This document shows, piece after piece, positions 29,760 to 39,885 of a DNA stretch of 64,000 nt. Position numbers and translations under genes: made by a program. The stretch is from a virus, in the IMG/VR virus record IMGVR_UViG_3300028394_002011. One strand, given 5' to 3'. The notes under the pieces are model-generated. The model searched no databases. It had not been told where the DNA came from and saw only the letters and a list, made by a program, of their open reading frames with translations. Within the stretch, counting starts at the first letter, position 1; the number at the start of each line of letters is the position of its first letter.

Positions 29760-30611
29760 ATGACTGATTATTATCAAACCCTTGGAGTTAATGAACAAGC
29801 AACTCCTGAAGAAATTAAAAAAGCCTACAGAAGTTTGGCCAATAAGCATCACCCGGACAAAGGCGGTGATCAAGCCAAGTTTAAAGATATTAGTGTGGCA
29901 TACGACACACTAAGCGATCAAAATAAACGTGCTGAATACGATCAACAAAGAATGGGTGGCCCACAAGTACGTTTCCATACTGGCGGTTGGGATCCATTTG
30001 AACAAGCGTTTGGGCAGAACAATCCATTTGCTGGGCATCCGTTTGGAGATATTTTTGGCAGACATGGTGGCCGTGGTCGAAATAGAGATTTAAATATCCA
30101 ATGTCAAATTACATTAATGGATTCGTTCGTAGGCAAACAACTAGAAGCAAATTATAAACTGCCCAGTGGACGCACACAAACCGTTGTTATTAATGTGCCG
30201 CCTGGTATTGGACATGCTGAAACTATCAGATATCAAGGACTTGGTGACGACAGTATTCCAAATGCACCCCGTGGTAATTTGAATGTTACTATTGTGATAT
30301 TGCCCGATGCTAACTTTACCCGTGTGGGCGATGACATTTACACAAAAGTATACATTAGTCCTATTGACGCTATGGTTGGTTGCAGAAAACAAGTAAAAAC
30401 ATTATCAGGACAACCATTGGACCTTGATTTACGTGCTGGTATCGAAGACGGTTCAGAATTTGCCAGTCATGGTAATGGATTTCCAAATGTAAGCACTGGG
30501 CACAAAGGTCGTTTTGTATCCGTTGTTAAAATTCGAACACCAGCCGTTACAGACCCGTCATTGGTGGAAAGACTTCGTTCAATTAATAATGAAATTAATA
30601 AAACATCCTAA
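29760..30611 (+). CDS. dnaJ: DnaJ/CbpA-like co-chaperone (class II, no zinc finger)
   Basis: DYYQTLGV...[19 protein letters not shown]-domain (HPD motif), G/F-rich linker, C-terminal substrate domain. Confidence 0.9.
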   Translation: MTDYYQTLGVNEQATPEEIKKAYRSLANKHHPDKGGDQAKFKDISVAYDTLSDQNKRAEYDQQRMGGPQVRFHTGGWDPFEQAFGQNNPFAGHPFGDIFGRHGGRGRNRDLNIQCQITLMDSFVGKQLEANYKLPSGRTQTVVINVPPGIGHAETIRYQGLGDDSIPNAPRGNLNVTIVILPDANFTRVGDDIYTKVYISPIDAMVGCRKQVKTLSGQPLDLDLRAGIEDGSEFASHGNGFPNVSTGHKGRFVSVVKIRTPAVTDPSLVERLRSINNEINKTS

Positions 30612-31092
30612 TCCAATATTAAAACAATCAGCAACGCCTTGGCAATTTGAAAGTGCAGAAGATTGTGAACAGGCGGCACGTGTCGAGCAAGAGATGCTTA
30701 GTTTAATGAAGATATCAAACGGTATAGGACTTGCCGCACAACAAGTTGGATTGTTGAAACGTGTATTTGTCATGCGTACTCAGGATGGTCGAGAGTGTGG
30801 GCTGTTTAATCCCGTTATCCTTGAAGTAAATAATGAAAAAGCCGTAGGGGACGAAGGATGTTTGAGTTTTCCAGATTTATGGTTAAAAGTTGAACGCAGT
30901 ACAAGTTTGATTGCAAAATACCTTGACAATACAGGCATAGAGCGTATAATACAATTAGAGGGTCTAGATGCCAGATGTTTCTTACACGAACTAGATCATT
31001 TGGATGGCGTATGTTTTACAGATGGACTAAGTCCACTTAAACTAGCAATGGCAATTAAAAAACAGAGGAAATTAAATGGTAGAACCAAGTGA
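30589..31092 (+). CDS. def: Peptide deformylase
   Basis: [17 protein letters not shown] and HELDHLDG motifs; likely start ATG 30589 ([11 protein letters not shown]). Confidence 0.93.
   Translation: MKLIKHPNPILKQSATPWQFESAEDCEQAARVEQEMLSLMKISNGIGLAAQQVGLLKRVFVMRTQDGRECGLFNPVILEVNNEKAVGDEGCLSFPDLWLKVERSTSLIAKYLDNTGIERIIQLEGLDARCFLHELDHLDGVCFTDGLSPLKLAMAIKKQRKLNGRTK
30923..30950 (+). promoter_or_regulatory. Consensus sigma70 promoter inside def, pointing at clpA
   Basis: TTGACA (30923-28), 16-nt spacer, TATAAT (30945-50), about 125 nt before the clpA start. Confidence 0.6.
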
Positions 31093-33349
31093 TAATTTGC
31101 AGGCAGTATTTGAAAAAGCATTAGAGACTGCTAAAAAATTGCATCATGAATATTTAACAATCGAACATATCTTTTTAGCTATGCTGACTGAAGAATCGTT
31201 TGTTAGTTGTTTACAAAGTTTTGGTTCTAAGCCTGAGACAATGAAAACAGAATTAACCGATTATTTGAAAAACAAATGCGGTGAGATTACTGTGCAAGAT
31301 GTTGTTGTTAAACCAAAGAAAACTCAAAGTGTAGAACGTGTGTTAAATCGTGCGTTTACACAAGTGTTGTTCAACGGACGCCAGCGCATTGAGCCCACTG
31401 ATGTGTTTGTTGCAATGATGGGTGAAAAACGCAGTTGGGCATATTTTTATATTGCAAAAGCTGGCATTGATAGAGACAAGTTTGCTGACTTCTTGAATAA
31501 CAGCGTGGATGATCCTGAAGAGGAAGAACCTCAAGAAGGCGGTCAACCAAGTAAAGCTCTGCAAGCGTTTACTACAAACTTAAATGCTCAAGTAGAAAAA
31601 AATAAAATTGACCCAGTTATTGGTCGTGTTGACGAACTAGAAAATATTGCACTTGCAATGGGTCGTCGTAATAAAAATAATGTTATCTTAGTTGGAGATC
31701 CGGGTGTAGGTAAGACTGCCATAGCAGAAGGACTAGCCTACAATATTGTCAAGGGTGCTGTTCCAGACTTCTTAAAAGACTACACTGTTTATAATTTAGA
31801 TATCTCAGCTATGCTAGCTGGATCTAAATATCGCGGAGACTTTGAAGAAAGATTTAAAGCAGTTATCAAAGCTCTTCAAAAGAAAGGCAAGACTGTGTTG
31901 TTTATCGACGAAGCACACATGATCTCTGGTGCAGGATCTGCTGGTAACAGTGCAAACGACCTTGCCAACATGATGAAACCTGCATTGAGCAAAGGCAATA
32001 TCAAAGTTGTTGCTAGTACAACATGGGAAGAATATCGCAAGCACTTTGAAAAGGATCGTGCATTGATGCGTCGTTTCCAACGTATTACTGTTGATGAACC
32101 AACAATTGAAGTTACTACACAGATCCTTAAGGGTATTAAAAAATACTATGAAGGATTCCATAATGTTAAAATTAAAGACGATGCATTACATTCAGCAATC
32201 AAGCTAAGTGTAAAATATCAAACAGATAAGAAACTTCCAGATAAGGCCATTGATTTGATTGACTTGGCTTGTAGTCGTTTCAATCTTAAACTTGCAGACG
32301 AGCGTGTCATTACCGAACGCGAAATTCAATACGAACTTGCTAAGATGGTACAAATTCCTGAAGAACAAGTTTCTGAAACTGAAAGTGCAAGTATTTCTAA
32401 ATTGCAAGACAACGTCAGCGCAGATGTGTTTGGACAAGACACTGCTGTGGAAGAAATTGTGGACAAGATTATTGTTGCACAGGCAGGACTTAAGAGTGAA
32501 AACAAACCTGTTGGATCATTTGTATTCATGGGGCCAACTGGTTGCGGTAAGACCGAAACTGCCAAGTCGCTGGCCAAGCACTTGGGTGTTAAACTGTTGC
32601 GTTTTGACATGTCAGAGTATCAAGAGAAGCATAGCATCTCCAAGCTGATTGGTAGCCCACCTGGGTATGTTGGCTTTGAAGAAAATGCTGGTTTATTGAT
32701 TACACAGATTCAAGAAAATCCTAATGCTGTTCTGTTGTTCGACGAAGTTGAAAAGTCACATCCAGATGTCAGCACAGTCTTGTTACAAATTATGGATAAC
32801 GGTTTTATTACTGGATCCAATGGTAAAAAAGCCGACTGTCGCAACATTGTGTTGATTCTTACTACCAATGCCGGCGCACAGGATGCCGAAAAGAATACTA
32901 TTGGATTTGGGTCGCAAAGTAAAGACTACAGCGATAAAGATTTGAAAAAGTTCTTTACTCCAGAATTTCGTAATCGACTTGATGCTGTTGTTACGTTCAA
33001 CAAACTCAATAAAGAAACAATGGTTAAAGTTGTTACTAAGTTTATTGACGAGTTGCGTGATCAAGTTAAAGAAAAAGGTATTCGTATCAAAATCAATAAC
33101 GAAGCCACAAACTGGCTTATTGCCAAAGGATTCGATCCCAAGATGGGTGCCCGTCCACTACAGCGTGTTATTGACAAGGAAATCAAACGTGACCTTGCTC
33201 GCATGATGTTGTTTGGAGACCTCAAGAACGGCGGGTGGCTGACTATCTCCATTAATGAAGATAAAATAGCATTAGTAGCTAAAGGTAAAGCATCTAAAGC
33301 GCCAATGTTGGCAATTGAAACTACTGACCATGCAGTTCAAGCAGACTAA
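31076..33349 (+). CDS. clpA: ClpA-type Hsp100 ATPase
   Basis: Clp N-domain (HEYLTIEH), two AAA modules (GDPGVGKT, GPTGCGKT), RRFQ, KLIGSPPGYVG, IGF loop (NTIGFGS), MGARPL. Confidence 0.92.
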   Translation: MVEPSDNLQAVFEKALETAKKLHHEYLTIEHIFLAMLTEESFVSCLQSFGSKPETMKTELTDYLKNKCGEITVQDVVVKPKKTQSVERVLNRAFTQVLFNGRQRIEPTDVFVAMMGEKRSWAYFYIAKAGIDRDKFADFLNNSVDDPEEEEPQEGGQPSKALQAFTTNLNAQVEKNKIDPVIGRVDELENIALAMGRRNKNNVILVGDPGVGKTAIAEGLAYNIVKGAVPDFLKDYTVYNLDISAMLAGSKYRGDFEERFKAVIKALQKKGKTVLFIDEAHMISGAGSAGNSANDLANMMKPALSKGNIKVVASTTWEEYRKHFEKDRALMRRFQRITVDEPTIEVTTQILKGIKKYYEGFHNVKIKDDALHSAIKLSVKYQTDKKLPDKAIDLIDLACSRFNLKLADERVITEREIQYELAKMVQIPEEQVSETESASISKLQDNVSADVFGQDTAVEEIVDKIIVAQAGLKSENKPVGSFVFMGPTGCGKTETAKSLAKHLGVKLLRFDMSEYQEKHSISKLIGSPPGYVGFEENAGLLITQIQENPNAVLLFDEVEKSHPDVSTVLLQIMDNGFITGSNGKKADCRNIVLILTTNAGAQDAEKNTIGFGSQSKDYSDKDLKKFFTPEFRNRLDAVVTFNKLNKETMVKVVTKFIDELRDQVKEKGIRIKINNEATNWLIAKGFDPKMGARPLQRVIDKEIKRDLARMMLFGDLKNGGWLTISINEDKIALVAKGKASKAPMLAIETTDHAVQAD

Positions 33350-33962
33350 AAAACTGTTTTACGGAAAGTACCAGTACAAAATTGTATTGGTATTTTCTGG
33401 CGCTCATTTGTTTAGAAACGCACCCAGCGATGTTATTGCTGACCGCATAAAAAATGTAAAATTAGAAACTGATGTGTATTCTAGAAAACGTTGGACTATC
33501 AAAACTGAAGAAGAGTTGCAATATGCTATCAAGTTAGAGCATGTGCTTTCTGCGTTAGACAACATAGAAATACGTGTAGAAACTCCATGGGTCACAGTGT
33601 ATACTAATAACAAACAAGATGTTGACAAATTAATCAAATTAGATGCATCTCGAGTAAAGTATATTTGCCAGCCGGCAACCGGCACAACTCTAGAAGAAAA
33701 CACAGTTATTTTGCCCAAGATAAAATACGATTACAGAGTAACACTGGGCAAAACTTTGCAAGAATACAGCACTTTTATCACATGGGCTAGTAATAATTCC
33801 AAGATAAAACTAACTAAATCCTGTAAAATTCAGCTTTTAAGAAACAATAGTTGGGGCGGCAGTTACTTTTACATTACAGGTGATAATAATTTGCTCATGG
33901 CAAAGATGCATCTTAGCGGCGTAATTTCCAAAGTTGAGCGGGTCGTAAACGAGAAAGCCTAA
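33330..33962 (+). CDS. Hypothetical protein
   Basis: About 210-aa ORF overlapping the end of clpA; ATG 33330 preferred as start. Confidence 0.6.
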   Translation: MQFKQTKKLFYGKYQYKIVLVFSGAHLFRNAPSDVIADRIKNVKLETDVYSRKRWTIKTEEELQYAIKLEHVLSALDNIEIRVETPWVTVYTNNKQDVDKLIKLDASRVKYICQPATGTTLEENTVILPKIKYDYRVTLGKTLQEYSTFITWASNNSKIKLTKSCKIQLLRNNSWGGSYFYITGDNNLLMAKMHLSGVISKVERVVNEKA

Positions 33963-33982
33963 ACAGTAATTGTGTTTTACGA

Positions 33983-33988
33983 TAAATA
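33983..33988 (+). promoter_or_regulatory. Late promoter core TAAATA heading the head-protein cluster
   Basis: gaTAAATAc in the intergenic gap before ORF 34047. Confidence 0.55.
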
Positions 33989-34046
33989 CTCTAAAGGCGA
34001 GCATCTGCTGCCATGTATGTAATTTTTGTTAAAACCGGGCTTTATA

Positions 34047-34418
34047 ATGCGTATACGTGAACTATTAGAAAATAAATTCTTTAAAGATTTAGATTTTGTT
34101 AAATCTACTGAAAAGGGTAGAGAACTGGACTATGACCTTGTAGAAGACTTGACTCATTTCATGCATCATGACGATGATGTGTATCGACGTCATGTTTATC
34201 CCAGCATTGCCCGCTGCCTTGACAGGGCCAACAGCAATCGTTCAATAAATCCTGATGTTTTTAAGCCAGCAGTTGTAAGTAGCTATCAGCAATATGTTAA
34301 ACGATTCCCCATACGTGAACTGCCTGAATCGTTAGACGACAAAACTGTTACTAGTATTTGCAAAAAAATGCAAGAAGACTTTAAACAGCATCTAGCTGAT
34401 GGCAAGTACAAGGACTAA
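34047..34418 (+). CDS. Putative internal head protein
   Basis: N-terminus MRIRELLE resembles a capsid-targeting / prohead-protease-cleaved leader; start ATG 34047. Confidence 0.55.
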   Translation: MRIRELLENKFFKDLDFVKSTEKGRELDYDLVEDLTHFMHHDDDVYRRHVYPSIARCLDRANSNRSINPDVFKPAVVSSYQQYVKRFPIRELPESLDDKTVTSICKKMQEDFKQHLADGKYKD

Positions 34419-34420
34419 TT

Positions 34421-35635
34421 GTGTTACTAAGAGAATTGTTTATACGTGAGGCTGTTGAACCTGTCAAAGCAAAAGTTGGCAGAGCATTTAACCACGTAGA
34501 AGATTTGACTTTTTTACACGGCACTGCTGGTGTAATCAAAGCTCTTGAGCATATACGCAAGGCAGGAAGTGCTAGTTCAGAAAATACCAGATTTAAATGG
34601 GACGGAGCACCGCAAATTTATTGGGGCTACACTAAAGACGGACAGTTTATCTTATGCGGTCACAACGGTTGGAGTCGTGGCGGAACAGGCACTAGCGATA
34701 TAAGCGATTTTACCAGTGTGCGTGGCATTTATAATTTTATTTTGAACAAAAGCGGTGATGCTAGCAACGATCCTGCCAAGCAAGCAGAACGCAAGCAGTT
34801 TGCCACAGAGTTTAGTCACTTATACGAAATTTTCAAAGCTTCTACCAAAGTTCCACGTAAAGGTAAAGAAATTTATTTTTATGCCGATGGTCTATTTACA
34901 ACACCTCCAGAAGAAGTGGATGGTGTGTATGAATTAAATCCTAATTTAAAAAGTCAAACACAATATCACATTGCTGTCGACTCTACACTAGGTCAGCGTA
35001 TTGCGGAAGGTGCACAGGCCATGGTTGCCGCACACGGTAGCTTTGATAAATTTGGTGCTGATGATCGTGAACAAAAACCAGTTAGAGATTTTACTACATA
35101 TATGAATCCAATACCCGAGTTAATTGTATTGAGTCCATACTATGCCAAAGTACAACCAAAATTAGATACCAAAGCTATTGATAAAATTGAAATGGATCTT
35201 AAACAAGATAAAGCAACTATCGATGCGTTCTTATCACCTATTCCAAAAGTATCAAACTTTAAAGGTATTATATATCGTTACATGAATGAAAAATCCAAAG
35301 CAGGACAGTTAGCCAATGTTGGTGATGATTTTATGACTTGGGTTGACTTAGGTGCAAGTGGTATGGTCAAATCCGACAGCATGAAGTTGAATATTAGATC
35401 CCGTATAGATGCTGTTCCGGCTGGCGTTACTACTGTGTTCAATTATGTTAAGCGAATTATGAATTTGAAAAATCAACTGTTATCGCAATTAGAAATGAAT
35501 CCTCCAGAAATTAAAGTTATCAATTCCGAAGGATGGGTACAGTACGATTCAGCAGGTGATATGCATACTAAATTTGTTCCACGAGATAACGTTCAACACG
35601 GTAGCGGGGAAACATTATCAAGGTGGGTACCATGA
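34421..35635 (+). CDS. RNA-ligase-like nucleotidyltransferase (DUF6267-like), putative head-packaged
   Basis: HVEDL, KWDG (motif I, adenylated Lys), YADGLF (motif III-like), SEGWV (motif IV), TKFVPR (motif V-like); N-terminus MLLRELFIRE. Confidence 0.65.
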   Translation: MLLRELFIREAVEPVKAKVGRAFNHVEDLTFLHGTAGVIKALEHIRKAGSASSENTRFKWDGAPQIYWGYTKDGQFILCGHNGWSRGGTGTSDISDFTSVRGIYNFILNKSGDASNDPAKQAERKQFATEFSHLYEIFKASTKVPRKGKEIYFYADGLFTTPPEEVDGVYELNPNLKSQTQYHIAVDSTLGQRIAEGAQAMVAAHGSFDKFGADDREQKPVRDFTTYMNPIPELIVLSPYYAKVQPKLDTKAIDKIEMDLKQDKATIDAFLSPIPKVSNFKGIIYRYMNEKSKAGQLANVGDDFMTWVDLGASGMVKSDSMKLNIRSRIDAVPAGVTTVFNYVKRIMNLKNQLLSQLEMNPPEIKVINSEGWVQYDSAGDMHTKFVPRDNVQHGSGETLSRWVP

Positions 35636-36726
35636 AGTTAAGAGAAATGTTTGAGGGCGAACAGCCAACTAATATTATTAAAACTATTGGGATTTCTTTT
35701 GGGCGATTCAATCCTCCGCACAAAGGTCATAAAGGTGTGTGGAAAGCGGCCAGTAAAAATCCAATTTGGTATGTAGGAACTAACGACAGCACTAGCGGTC
35801 CTAAAGACCCATTACCATATGATGTTAAATTACAGTGCATGGCCGCAGTATTTCCGCCAGTTGCAGGGCATGTTGTTCCTGAACAAAGTTTATTAACATT
35901 AGCCACTAGCGTTTATAACAAGTATGGTGAGAATGTACATTTGAAAGTATATACCGATGAAACATGGTTAGCTGACGTATTGGTCAAATACAATGGCGCC
36001 GAAAGCGAGCATGGTATGTATAAATTTAAAAATATTGAACATGTTCCAACAGAACGATTAGCAAGTGCAACGGATTTACGTAAGGCTGTAAGAACTGGTG
36101 ACCGTAATGCGTTCTATAAAGACATGGGCGTTGATCCTAGCGTAACTGTTGACATTGATGGAGAAGCAAAACCTATATTTGATGTAGTTGCACATTATTT
36201 GAATCAGTATCCAGAAAAAGTTAAAAAAACAGTTAAAGCAAAAGAAAATGCCGCAGGTGTTGGTATTATTACAAAACAAAATAGCACAGTTGACGTAAAC
36301 AAAAATACACCAAAGAAAAATCTTCGTGCATTTCAACTAGCAGAACAAATTAGAGAAATGACTGCAATGCTTGAATCTTCTCAAGCTAAGATGACTAAAA
36401 GACAACAACAACCTACAAGAGGTGTTAATACTTACGGCGATAGCGAACATGTTAGCGGCGATTACACTGCATATCGATTAGGCATGGCCGTGGCCGGTGC
36501 TAACGGCAAAGACCCTATTGAGATGAAGGCTAAGAGCTGGATTGGTAAACAAAAAACAACTCATCCTTATACACAAGAAGAACAAGACATGCTTAAACAA
36601 GCATATAAGGTTGTTGGTGCTAATTATAAGGATACAAATAAAGGCGATATGAAGAGTCGAGAATTGGATTCTACTCATAAAGTCAGTCCTGTAGCAAAAC
36701 CTAAACGAAACAAATATGGAGTTTAA
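35632..36726 (+). CDS. HIGH-motif (cytidylyltransferase/NMNAT-like) nucleotidyltransferase fused to a C-terminal module, putative head-packaged
   Basis: SFGRFNPPHKGH (HxGH), KDPL, ASATDLRKA; N-terminus MKLREMFE; ATGA overlap with the upstream gene. Confidence 0.75.
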   Translation: MKLREMFEGEQPTNIIKTIGISFGRFNPPHKGHKGVWKAASKNPIWYVGTNDSTSGPKDPLPYDVKLQCMAAVFPPVAGHVVPEQSLLTLATSVYNKYGENVHLKVYTDETWLADVLVKYNGAESEHGMYKFKNIEHVPTERLASATDLRKAVRTGDRNAFYKDMGVDPSVTVDIDGEAKPIFDVVAHYLNQYPEKVKKTVKAKENAAGVGIITKQNSTVDVNKNTPKKNLRAFQLAEQIREMTAMLESSQAKMTKRQQQPTRGVNTYGDSEHVSGDYTAYRLGMAVAGANGKDPIEMKAKSWIGKQKTTHPYTQEEQDMLKQAYKVVGANYKDTNKGDMKSRELDSTHKVSPVAKPKRNKYGV

Positions 36727-37165
36727 AGTGGACGAAAAATATCATTTAGCATTAAAAACAACATTTGCCAGCGAATATGCATTTGCATTAAAAGCACAGA
36801 ACTTTCACTGGAATACAGAAGGTCCATTATTTTATCAACATCATTTGTTGTTTGAAAGAATCTACGATGAGGTATATGGAGTAGTTGACAAGTTTGCAGA
36901 AGAACTACGTTCTTTACAAATCTATGCACCTGCTAGTTTATCTAAATTCAGTATGTTGACCAAAGTTGAAGACGAAAACTCCGTTCCAGATTTCCAAGGT
37001 ATGTTACGTGAACTGTTAGCCGACAGCGATAAAATGGCTAACATGTTTAAAATTGTTTTTACCATGGCCGAAGAAGCTGGTGATCACGGATTAAGTAACT
37101 TCTTTGCGGATCGTCAAGATGCACATAAGAAGCATAGTTGGTTTCTAAGAGCAAGTTTAAAATGA
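36716..37165 (+). CDS. dps: Dps-family ferritin-like DNA-protection protein
   Basis: KAQNFHWNTEGPLFYQHHLLFERIY...DKFAEELR...HKKHSWFL: Dps ferroxidase signature. Confidence 0.9.
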   Translation: MEFKVDEKYHLALKTTFASEYAFALKAQNFHWNTEGPLFYQHHLLFERIYDEVYGVVDKFAEELRSLQIYAPASLSKFSMLTKVEDENSVPDFQGMLRELLADSDKMANMFKIVFTMAEEAGDHGLSNFFADRQDAHKKHSWFLRASLK

Positions 37166-37449
37166 AACAATATAGGATCACTACACAGGATTTAAATCAA
37201 AGTACAGATGACGATTGTTATCTCGATCCCAATGATCCTATACACGAATTAAAAGCACTAGCTGGCCTTGGCGGGTTAGGTGGTGAAGCAAGATTACATG
37301 AATATCGTGCTAGTTTAGGCAGTAACGTTAGCGTAACTGGCAATAACAACGGCGAGATACAACGTAAGAATAATATTAAACCAGGAACTCCTGAATGGTT
37401 CAAACTATGGTTTAGTTTACCGTACATGACTGGGGAGAAAAAATTATGA
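37162..37449 (+). CDS. Hypothetical protein (head cluster)
   Basis: ATGA overlap with dps; contains IHELKALAGL motif. Confidence 0.6.
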   Translation: MKQYRITTQDLNQSTDDDCYLDPNDPIHELKALAGLGGLGGEARLHEYRASLGSNVSVTGNNNGEIQRKNNIKPGTPEWFKLWFSLPYMTGEKKL

Positions 37450-38240
37450 AAATGACAGAGTTAGATAATAGTGTTCGACAAGATATTGCAGAAGGGTGGA
37501 GTCAAAAGTACAAAAACAGTATCAATTGCAGTCATCCTAAAGGATTCAGTCAAAAAGCTCACTGTGCTGGCAAGAAGAAACACACGGAAAGTATTGAGAT
37601 GGAAATGACATGTCCCGACTGCGGTATGTGCCAATCACACGGTACTCTTAATGAAATTAAGAAAGGACAAAAAGACAGCAATGGCTTTACCAAGTGCTGG
37701 CCTGGTAAACATGCCGAAGGCACCAAGAAAGGAAAAAATGGTAAGCCTGTAAGAAACTGTGTGCCCAATGAAGGTGTGGCGGAAAGTCGACACAACTACG
37801 ATGATAATCGTACTGGATTTAGACGACCTGAAAGAGACATGGATGACGAGTCTAACTTGCTGTACATTTACAAAGATGGTAGAGTTATGCAAAAGATGGT
37901 TTCTAATCGTGTTGAACGCGAAGCTCGTGCTCAAGGGTACAGAGATACACCTGAACAAGCATTAAAGATGCATGGTATTGTTAAGAGCAAATTTAAACCA
38001 GGCAAATGGGTACAAAAACAAGGCGATAGCTGGACCGAAGTATTTCCGTTTGGAAAACCTGACGGATTGCAAGAATTTGCCAGCGCACCTGGAAATATGA
38101 CTACTGCGGCCAATGTAGGCGTTGGTGCAGTATACAAGAACAAACCAGTAAAACAGCCTAAGAACAAAGATGGTACTGCTAAAAATGCCCTTGATATGAA
38201 GGGTGCCAACCTATTGGGCGGCGGCAGCGTCAAAAGATAA
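37446..38240 (+). CDS. Mosaic putative internal head protein
   Basis: Short modules separated by IAEG, LNE, VAES and LQEF sites; CPDCGMC and CW...NCVP Cys motifs. Confidence 0.6.
   Translation: MKMTELDNSVRQDIAEGWSQKYKNSINCSHPKGFSQKAHCAGKKKHTESIEMEMTCPDCGMCQSHGTLNEIKKGQKDSNGFTKCWPGKHAEGTKKGKNGKPVRNCVPNEGVAESRHNYDDNRTGFRRPERDMDDESNLLYIYKDGRVMQKMVSNRVEREARAQGYRDTPEQALKMHGIVKSKFKPGKWVQKQGDSWTEVFPFGKPDGLQEFASAPGNMTTAANVGVGAVYKNKPVKQPKNKDGTAKNALDMKGANLLGGGSVKR
37771..37785 (+). repeat. 15-nt repeat aaggtgtggcggaaa, copy 1 (encodes GVAE)
   Basis: Identical to 41553-41567. Confidence 0.6.
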
Positions 38241-38243
38241 ATA
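38238..38243 (+). promoter_or_regulatory. Late promoter core TAAATA
   Basis: gaTAAATAtt 25 nt before ATG 38268; SD ggag present. Confidence 0.5.
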
Positions 38244-38267
38244 TTACAAGTTAACGGAGTTACAAAT

Positions 38268-39881
38268 ATGTCAGATCAAATGAACCCAATGGGACCAGCA
38301 GAGCCAGAAATCATGTCGCAAGACGCGGAAAATGTAATTGGATTACAGCCCGGACAGTCCGATCGCGAAGGTGCAATGGCCAAAGCTGATTTATACAAGA
38401 TTGCAAACTATTCACACAAGCTGTTCAAACAGATTAATGATGAAGATCAGATGGAAGCCTGGGTGCAAGCCAAGATTACCAAAGCCGCTGACTATATTGC
38501 ATCCGTTTACCATTATCTTGAATATGAAATGAAGTTTAGCCAGTATGGCAAAGCTCTTGAAGACAGCGAAGTTTATACCGAAAGCCAAAAGCGTATTATT
38601 AATAATCGCCTGATGGAAGCTAAATCTAAAGTTAAAGAACTTAAGAAAGTACACGCAGAAAAAATCAAAGCCGATGCCGACGACAAAATTGCCGAAGGTA
38701 TTTTGAGTGGTGGACATCGTGAATGTACAGAATGTGGCGGCAGTGGAATGGTTTACGAAGAGCCTAAAGCAATTCCAGATCATGTTAAATCAAAAGTTGA
38801 AAAATACAATCGTCAAGCCAAAGCGTTCCATGCTGCCAGCAAGCGTCTTGATCGTAACAAGAATGGCATTCCAGACGACGAAGAAATGGAAGAAGGTTTT
38901 GAAGCAGATGCCAAAGTTGGTTCTACAAAGAAAACTGCTACTGGTGAATTAACTAAAACTGACACCGGTGTCAAGCATAAGAATACCAGCTACAAAGATG
39001 ACGGTGACGAGCTTGATTCAATTGCTAAATCAGGCAAAGGTAAAGCAAGTCACGCTAAAGCACAATCAGCTGAAGAGAAAGCAAAACGAGCTCCAGCACA
39101 AAAGCAAAGTCCAAAGAGTGCTAAGACATGGGGCATGAAAGACAGCGAAAAATTTGACAACCGAGATGGTGCTCCTGCTAAACCAAAGAAAGCTAAAGAA
39201 GAAGAGCTTGATGAAGGTAAAAAGAAAGGCGATGGTAACTTGGCCAACAATGCCAAACCATACGACAAAGTAACACGCGGTGATGTTATTGCCGGACGTC
39301 TTGGTAAAGATGAAAAAGGTGGCAAGGTTAAAGAAGCTAAAGAAGAAAAATTTGATGCATTGAAACACGTTAAGAACCCGACTAAAGGCGAAAAAGAAGC
39401 TGCCAAAGATGTTAAGCGTGGTAGTTATGCTGATCGTGCCGCAATGTTAAAGTCAGCTGAAGCTGATGATAGATTAAAAGAAGCAAGCAAGCCAAGCGCA
39501 GGATTAACTAAAGGTGAAAAGTCTGCGGTAGTTAAGAAAGCTAAAGCAGGTGGCGACATTGGTAAGCCAGGTAAGAGCTTTGACAAAGTAGCCAAGGCTG
39601 CTGGTGGTGGTGAGAAAGGTGAAAAGATTGCCGCTGCCGCTATGTGGAAGAACATCAAAGAAACCCAAGCATACATTGCTGAAAAATCAGCTGTTCAGAA
39701 AAAAGACAAACCTACCAAAGGCAATGATGTGGCTGATGAGGGTAACGAATTTTCAGGCGAATTAGACGCGGCTAGAAAAGCTGGCAAGACTGAATTCAAA
39801 GTGGATGGAAAAACATACCCTGTTAAAGAATCAGCTGATTTAAATCGCATGAAAGAATTCCTAACACGTTTAAACGGATAA
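38268..39881 (+). CDS. Highly charged scaffold/internal head-like protein (537 aa)
   Basis: K/E/A/D-rich; many hydrophobic-x-E sites (IAEG, LDEG, VKEA, LKEA, IKET, VKES); C-terminal ESADLNRMKEFLTRLNG. Confidence 0.6.
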   Translation: MSDQMNPMGPAEPEIMSQDAENVIGLQPGQSDREGAMAKADLYKIANYSHKLFKQINDEDQMEAWVQAKITKAADYIASVYHYLEYEMKFSQYGKALEDSEVYTESQKRIINNRLMEAKSKVKELKKVHAEKIKADADDKIAEGILSGGHRECTECGGSGMVYEEPKAIPDHVKSKVEKYNRQAKAFHAASKRLDRNKNGIPDDEEMEEGFEADAKVGSTKKTATGELTKTDTGVKHKNTSYKDDGDELDSIAKSGKGKASHAKAQSAEEKAKRAPAQKQSPKSAKTWGMKDSEKFDNRDGAPAKPKKAKEEELDEGKKKGDGNLANNAKPYDKVTRGDVIAGRLGKDEKGGKVKEAKEEKFDALKHVKNPTKGEKEAAKDVKRGSYADRAAMLKSAEADDRLKEASKPSAGLTKGEKSAVVKKAKAGGDIGKPGKSFDKVAKAAGGGEKGEKIAAAAMWKNIKETQAYIAEKSAVQKKDKPTKGNDVADEGNEFSGELDAARKAGKTEFKVDGKTYPVKESADLNRMKEFLTRLNG

Positions 39882-39885
39882 TCAT

